Of a stretch of DNA of 64,000 nt, positions 58,837 through 64,000 are shown piece after piece. Position numbers and translations under genes: made by a program. The number at the start of each line of letters is the position of its first letter. Position 1 is the stretch's first letter. The stretch lies in sequence record SRR31156797_9223; one strand, 5' to 3'. The notes beneath the pieces were generated by a model. It was not told where the DNA came from. It did not search any database and worked only from the letters and a program-made list of their open reading frames with translations.

Positions 58837-60780
58837 TTACATAAAGAAATATGGGTCACGGTCTGTTTTCATTCTAAGAGTTGTCTTCGCATTCTCTTTT
58901 AAAGTATCAGAAGCTATATGTATTAATTTTGTTAACTCATTGTTCGATGGAGATTTTATTATTATTCCGTAACGGAAGCGATTTTGAATTTTAAATATAG
59001 GCGCTTGCGCCGGGTAAAAAATCTCTGCTGACTTATTATACCTTATAAGCGTGTCGTAAACAGTAAAAGCAGCATCTTTTACTGTATCCTCGTTTGTGTG
59101 GGATAGGGTTATTCTGCACATTTTATAGAAAGGCGGATATTTAAACATCTCTCTCTGAGCCATCTCTTTTTCATAAAAGGAAGTGTCGAGGCAATCAAGC
59201 CTTGCGAAAAGGTCAACCTCTGGCATGTTCGTCTGGATGATTACACGTCCTTTCTTCTCTGCCCGTCCGGCACGCCCTGCAAGCTGTAAAAGTAGCTGAT
59301 AGGCACGCTCACGATTGCGGAAGTCAGGAAGGGTGAACATATTGTCGATGTTGATGATTCCTGCGAGTGTAACATTGCTGAAATCAAGCCCCTTCGCCAC
59401 GAGCTGTGTTCCTGCCATGATGGAATACTCTCCATCTTCAAAGCTTTTCAGCATCTCTGACAGCTTTTTATAGCTTTTTACATTCTCAGTATCGAGGCGT
59501 AAAATCTCTTTTTCAAATGTAGATTCAAGCACCTCTGCGACCTTCTCCGTACCTGCGCCGTAGTCTGTTATATCATCACTTCCACACTCGAGGCACTTCG
59601 GTCTGCGTACCTCTTGAGCACAGTAGTTGCATTTGCATATATTTGATGATTTATAGTAGGTTACCGCAACCGAACAGTTAGAACAGTTGACAATATTTCC
59701 GCATTTTCGGCAGTAGAGCGTGTGGGAGTAGCCTTTACGGTTGATGAGCAGAATAACCTGCTCGCCTTTATTTATAGTTTCATAAATTGCATCATAAAGC
59801 GGCATAGAGAGGATTCCGCCTATCGGTTCCTCATTCTTCATGTCTACAATCTGAATCTCCGGCATGTCCGCATCTGGTCTGCAAGGGATAGAGTGATATT
59901 TGTATTTGCCGTTTTTTGCATTAGACCAGCTTTCAAGGGACGGTGTTGCACTCGCCAGCAGTACAGGGATGTTAAGTATCTTACCGTATAGCACTGACAT
60001 ATCACGAAGCTGATAAGATGGTATCTCGTCCTGTTTGTAACTGCTTTCGTGCTCTTCATCCACAATGATCATACCGATCTCTTTTGCGGGTATGAAAAGT
60101 GCGCTTCTTGCACCGAGCATCATCCTCAGTTCACCTGATGAGAACGCCCAGAAAGCTTCCTTGCGCCTCTTAGGGGTCTTTTTGCTATGGTAGGCTAAAA
60201 CATCAAAGCCCATCCGCTTAGAGAGCCTGTTTTCCATCTGAGGTGTTAGTGATATCTCAGGTACGAGGTATAGAACCTGCTTGCCGGATGCGATAACGTC
60301 TTTTGCAAGCTCTATGAATATCTCAGTCTTTCCGCTGCCTGTTACGCCGTGTATCAGGTGTGTGGAAAATCCCTCAAGCTCCGGCTTGATGCTGTCATAA
60401 ACCGACTTCTGAGCTTCATTAAGTGTCAGATTTTTTATCTCATGCTCTTTAATATCGGGGATAGTCTTTTCGCTGGCGTAAATCTGTTCAGAGATAACAC
60501 CTTTGAGAACCTGCCCCTGACTTGCGCAGTAGTATTCGGATATATTTTTGATAAGCTTAAGGTAGTGTTCAGAGAATACAGGAGATTCGTCGAGAGCCGC
60601 TATTATATCTCGGTATTTAATGTTCTCATCAGGGGCGGAATTTTCACCCAGCACTATGCCGGTGAGCTGTCTGCGTCCAAGTGGTACATTAACCCTTATT
60701 CCGGCAGGTAGCGTTATGTCTGAGGTGTATGTGTATACCCCGCCGGCAGGCACAGGGACGAGAACATCTAAATATTTCAT
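58837..60780 (-). CDS. priA: Primosomal protein N' (replication restart helicase)
   Basis: GVTGSGKTE, DEEH, SATPS, four CxxC pairs and QLAGRAGR. Confidence 0.97.
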   Translation of the reverse strand: MKYLDVLVPVPAGGVYTYTSDITLPAGIRVNVPLGRRQLTGIVLGENSAPDENIKYRDIIAALDESPVFSEHYLKLIKNISEYYCASQGQVLKGVISEQIYASEKTIPDIKEHEIKNLTLNEAQKSVYDSIKPELEGFSTHLIHGVTGSGKTEIFIELAKDVIASGKQVLYLVPEISLTPQMENRLSKRMGFDVLAYHSKKTPKRRKEAFWAFSSGELRMMLGARSALFIPAKEIGMIIVDEEHESSYKQDEIPSYQLRDMSVLYGKILNIPVLLASATPSLESWSNAKNGKYKYHSIPCRPDADMPEIQIVDMKNEEPIGGILSMPLYDAIYETINKGEQVILLINRKGYSHTLYCRKCGNIVNCSNCSVAVTYYKSSNICKCNYCAQEVRRPKCLECGSDDITDYGAGTEKVAEVLESTFEKEILRLDTENVKSYKKLSEMLKSFEDGEYSIMAGTQLVAKGLDFSNVTLAGIINIDNMFTLPDFRNRERAYQLLLQLAGRAGRAEKKGRVIIQTNMPEVDLFARLDCLDTSFYEKEMAQREMFKYPPFYKMCRITLSHTNEDTVKDAAFTVYDTLIRYNKSAEIFYPAQAPIFKIQNRFRYGIIIKSPSNNELTKLIHIASDTLKENAKTTLRMKTDRDPYFFM

Positions 60781-62312
60781 CCGTTCAGGACTTTATCTTT
60801 CAGCTCCCTTTTGAGGATCTTTCCAGTCGCTGTCATAGGGAGGTTATTCTCTATGTGTATCTGCTTAGGCAGTTTATAGTTAGCCAGATGCTCTTTCAGG
60901 TAAACTTTCAATTCTTTATCGCTCACCGCAACGTCTTCTTTCGGTTTGATATAGGCTACAGGTATCTCACCGCTAGCCTTGTCCGGAAGTCCGATAACTG
61001 CCGCCGCTTCAACACCGTCGTGCTTATGAAGAACTTCCTCAATCTCTCTAGGGTAAACATTTATCCCCTTTACAATAATGAGATCCTTCTTACGGTCAAC
61101 GATATAGATATAGCCGTCTTCGTCAATCTTTGCGAGATCGCCTGTGAACAGCCATCCGTTGCGGAGTGTTTCGTCTGTTAGCCCGGGCATGTTCCAGTAG
61201 CCCTGCATAACATTAGGTCCCTTAACGATAAGCTCGCCGACTTCGCCTGTCGGCATCTCTTTCTCGTTTTCGTCAACCACAGCGACTTTTACACCTTTAA
61301 CAGCCGGACCTACGGATAATGGCTTCTGAAGTTTAAGCTTATTAGCCGCCACAACAGGTGAAGCCTCTGAGAGCCCATACCCTTCAACTATCGGTCTGCC
61401 GAATTTCTCTTTGAACTGGTTAAGTGTCTCCTCAGGCAGAGGAGCACCGCCGCTCACGTGTAGACGGATAGGGTAGAGGTACTTGATGAAGAATTTAGGC
61501 ATCTTAGATTTGATAAGAGCCGTATAAACTTGTGGTACGCCAAGGAAAAAGGTAGGGCGTTTGTATAGAAGTATCTTTTTAAATGTTTTCTTTTTAAGGT
61601 CGTTCACAGACTCAAGGATGATGATGGATGACCCCACATAAGTAGGCAGCACAATACATGTCATCATTGCGTATGAGTGGAATGACGGCAGGAACAGAAG
61701 GAACCTGTCTTTGATATTCACCTTAAATCTGCTGAGGCAAGCCGCCGCATTAGAGGTCATGTTATCGTGGGTGAGCATAGCTCCCTTCGGATGACCTGTT
61801 GTTCCTGATGAATATATGAATACCGCAAGGTCGTCTTTTGTCATGCCGAGGTCTGGGTTTTCATTGCCCATAAGCTCACATGCAACTGTAGCATTTTCAG
61901 ATTCGAAGCTTGTTTCTGTGTATGCGAGAACTGATGTAATCTCATTAACCACACTTGTTATGCCGGTTGCGACATTTTCAAAGTTTTGTGAAGTGATGAA
62001 TAGCTTCGCACCGCAGTCGTTAAGCATATATGCAACTTCCTCTTGTTTAAGGAAGGTGTTAACAGGAACGGCAACACAGCCAGCCTTTAGAACTCCGAAA
62101 AAAGTAACGAAGAACTCCGGACTGTTATCGAGCATTATCCCAACTCGGTCACCTTTCTCTAACCCTTTGGAAATGATCAGGTGAGCTAGCTGGTTAGCAC
62201 GTGTGTTTATCTCGCCGTATGTAAATTTGTCGTCTTTAAAAAATAAATATTTGCTCTTTTTGTTTCTGTCAGCTCTGTTTTCTAAAAGCTGATGTACTAC
62301 ATCAATATGCAT
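60777..62312 (-). CDS. fadD: Long-chain fatty acid-CoA ligase
   Basis: YSSGTTGHPKG, EGYGLSE, TGD, DRKKDLI and TGKILK motifs; ATG 62312. Confidence 0.9.
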   Translation of the reverse strand: MHIDVVHQLLENRADRNKKSKYLFFKDDKFTYGEINTRANQLAHLIISKGLEKGDRVGIMLDNSPEFFVTFFGVLKAGCVAVPVNTFLKQEEVAYMLNDCGAKLFITSQNFENVATGITSVVNEITSVLAYTETSFESENATVACELMGNENPDLGMTKDDLAVFIYSSGTTGHPKGAMLTHDNMTSNAAACLSRFKVNIKDRFLLFLPSFHSYAMMTCIVLPTYVGSSIIILESVNDLKKKTFKKILLYKRPTFFLGVPQVYTALIKSKMPKFFIKYLYPIRLHVSGGAPLPEETLNQFKEKFGRPIVEGYGLSEASPVVAANKLKLQKPLSVGPAVKGVKVAVVDENEKEMPTGEVGELIVKGPNVMQGYWNMPGLTDETLRNGWLFTGDLAKIDEDGYIYIVDRKKDLIIVKGINVYPREIEEVLHKHDGVEAAAVIGLPDKASGEIPVAYIKPKEDVAVSDKELKVYLKEHLANYKLPKQIHIENNLPMTATGKILKRELKDKVLNG

Positions 62313-62904
62313 TAAGCCCCCCCGGGCGCACTCCAAACTTGATAAGTCTTTCGAAAAGCTCAGCTACAGGGAGTCCTACGACATTGTCATAGCAGCCGTC
62401 GATCTTCTCAACCATGAGACTGCCTTTCCCCTGAATAGCGTATGAACCAGCCTTATCAAAAGGTTCTTCTGATTTCATATACCATCTGATGAAATCATCA
62501 GAGTAGTTTTTAAAGTATACATCAGTTGTTCTGTGAAATCTCTCACAGACATCTGCTTTTTTGTTAATAATAGCAACACCTGTTGTTACCTGATGCTTTT
62601 TACCCCTTAGGAACTGGAGAGCATCCATGATGTCTTCCTCCCCTTTAGGCTTGCCGAATATTCTATCTTCGCAGGAGACGATAGTGTCAGCGGCGATGAT
62701 AAAAGCCTCATCGTAAAGGCTAGCTACTGAATAGCCCTTCATTGCGGCATTTTTTATAGTGAGGTCACCGACTGCGATATTAGAGCTCATGTCCTCTTTT
62801 GCATTTGCAGTGACGTATTGAAAATTTAGGCCTAGACGTGTCATCAGCTCTCTTCTTCTTGGAGAACCGCTTGCGAGAATTATTTTTTGAATATGAAAGT
62901 GCAC
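62302..62904 (-). CDS. maf: Maf-family nucleoside triphosphate pyrophosphatase
   Basis: ILASGSPRRREL, AADT, GKP, DKAGSY and NVVGLP motifs. Confidence 0.95.
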   Translation of the reverse strand: MHFHIQKIILASGSPRRRELMTRLGLNFQYVTANAKEDMSSNIAVGDLTIKNAAMKGYSVASLYDEAFIIAADTIVSCEDRIFGKPKGEEDIMDALQFLRGKKHQVTTGVAIINKKADVCERFHRTTDVYFKNYSDDFIRWYMKSEEPFDKAGSYAIQGKGSLMVEKIDGCYDNVVGLPVAELFERLIKFGVRPGGLNAY

Positions 62905-63410
62905 TCTTCAACCTCTGGAAAGTATTTTAAAATCTGTATGGTTATATAGCCCGTAACAGTACCTGTGAGCACTGAAAAGAACATAAAATATGGTAATAAG
63001 TTATAAATCGCATCCGTTTTTATGTAAAGGTTTTTTACAGCGATAAACTGGACTGTAATGTGTATCACAGCGCCAAGAGCACCTGCTGACAGAGGGGATG
63101 TAAACCTGCGTAAAGCGTATATAAATATAGCCATTGATAGTGTTGCACACATGGTTGCAGGCATACTTATCGACATCTTAACTAGTAAGTTGCCTGTCAG
63201 TAAAGGTACTAAGATTGATTTCGCCAGAGCGACATATACAGCCGCCGGAAGATCCAGTATGTAAAGGCATAGCATTATGCCGACATTCGATAGACCTATC
63301 CTCACTCCTGGTACGGGGAGGGCGATGAATGTTTCGAATACCCCAAGGGTAACAGTCATAGCCGCAAAAAGTCCGGTGAGCGCAAGCTTATTATTGTGAG
63401 ATTGCGTCAT
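62880..63410 (-). CDS. Gx transporter family membrane protein (annotated elsewhere as heptaprenyl-PP synthase component I; EetB-like)
   Basis: E..IALPVPGVRIGLSN motif, ~5 TMs and GAVIH...Q; ATG 63410. Confidence 0.8.
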   Translation of the reverse strand: MTQSHNNKLALTGLFAAMTVTLGVFETFIALPVPGVRIGLSNVGIMLCLYILDLPAAVYVALAKSILVPLLTGNLLVKMSISMPATMCATLSMAIFIYALRRFTSPLSAGALGAVIHITVQFIAVKNLYIKTDAIYNLLPYFMFFSVLTGTVTGYITIQILKYFPEVEECTFIFKK

Positions 63411-63732
63411 ACTCGTCCTCACTGCACTCCATAACGAGTGCGTATTTGTTAGGCACACATGCGGAAACGTCTCCGCATTTTTTCACCCAGCCTGTTTTGA
63501 TGCAGGTTTTGTTTGGGCAGTCGCTCTCAATAAAGCGTGCACCTTCAACTGTTACTTCAAGTATTACATCTCCATCGTCAAGTTTGATTAATCCTTGTTC
63601 TAATGGGATATGTTTCTTTTCTATATTGCTTATAAGGTAGAGCTTTTTGTCCCCTTTACTTGAGGGAATAAATAAGGCGGCTATCAAAAGTAGTGTGATT
63701 ATGACCAGAATATCGGTCTTAGTTGGTTTCAA
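63391..63732 (-). CDS. NusG domain II (DUF1312)-containing membrane-anchored protein (EetA-like)
   Basis: KTDILVI TM, then SDCPNKTCIKTGW...CVPN. Probable TTG start at 63732. Confidence 0.82.
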   Translation of the reverse strand: MKPTKTDILVIITLLLIAALFIPSSKGDKKLYLISNIEKKHIPLEQGLIKLDDGDVILEVTVEGARFIESDCPNKTCIKTGWVKKCGDVSACVPNKYALVMECSEDEYDAISQ

Positions 63733-64000
63733 ATTTTTCCCATCCGCACAGTTTTTTGAGTTCATTTTTTCTGGTGTAAAGGAGAACCGGAGTTTTCTGT
63801 TGTTGGCAGATAATATTTATCTCCTGCTCGGTTAAAAGGAAAAATACTGTAGCGAGACCGTCAGCTCTTTCCGCTGTATCTGCTATGACGCTCACGCTTG
63901 TGTACATAACAGGGTTTTTACCTGTGGTTGCATCGAATATATGGAAAATCTTTTTGCCGTCCTTTTCAAAGAAACGCTCATAGTCGCCGCTTGTAGCAAG
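63719..64000 (-). CDS. apbE: ApbE FAD:protein FMN transferase, C-terminal part (5' end outside the window)
   Basis: The frame continues to the window edge: ATSGDYERFF...HIFDATTG...SVSVIA...ADGLAT. Confidence 0.9.
   Translation of the reverse strand, partial: LATSGDYERFFEKDGKKIFHIFDATTGKNPVMYTSVSVIADTAERADGLATVFFLLTEQEINIICQQQKTPVLLYTRKNELKKLCGWEKFETN

Overview
Bacterial chromosomal window, densely coding, with no prophage, IS transposase, CRISPR or rRNA. The gene mix tentatively suggests a Gram-negative anaerobe of the Deferribacterota (Denitrovibrio-like) type; this is inference, not a search result. Housekeeping blocks include a partial tRNA-Leu(CAA), carA-mltG-ppx, gap, yicC-gmk-rpoZ-coaBC-udg, pfkA...mutS2, trpEGDCFBA, a TAXI-TRAP transporter, prmA-rsmE-tadA and priA-fadD-maf. 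A signalling-rich accessory stretch lies at about 25.9-40.2 kb. The best leads are: (1) a trp attenuator (leader MNFKKRNINLTNWWWRSTSI) with two tandem terminators that share a 5' arm and could switch as a relay; (2) an unannotated ~90-nt sRNA candidate whose terminator loop is 14/14 complementary to the ribosome-binding site of the CsgG-like lipoprotein gene 27 kb away; (3) a CsgG/LPP20/FlgT-like outer-membrane gene trio next to a CHASE2 adenylate cyclase; (4) a NosL + MacB-type ABC + Cys-rich membrane protein operon without nosZ, followed by a His-rich sensor kinase; (5) a ModA-like lipoprotein translationally coupled to a hybrid kinase; (6) an apbE-NusG_II-Gx (FmnB/EetA/EetB-like) module. 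Several apparently leaderless transcripts and GTCAT...ATGAC palindromic repeat elements are also visible. All family assignments come from motif recognition by eye.
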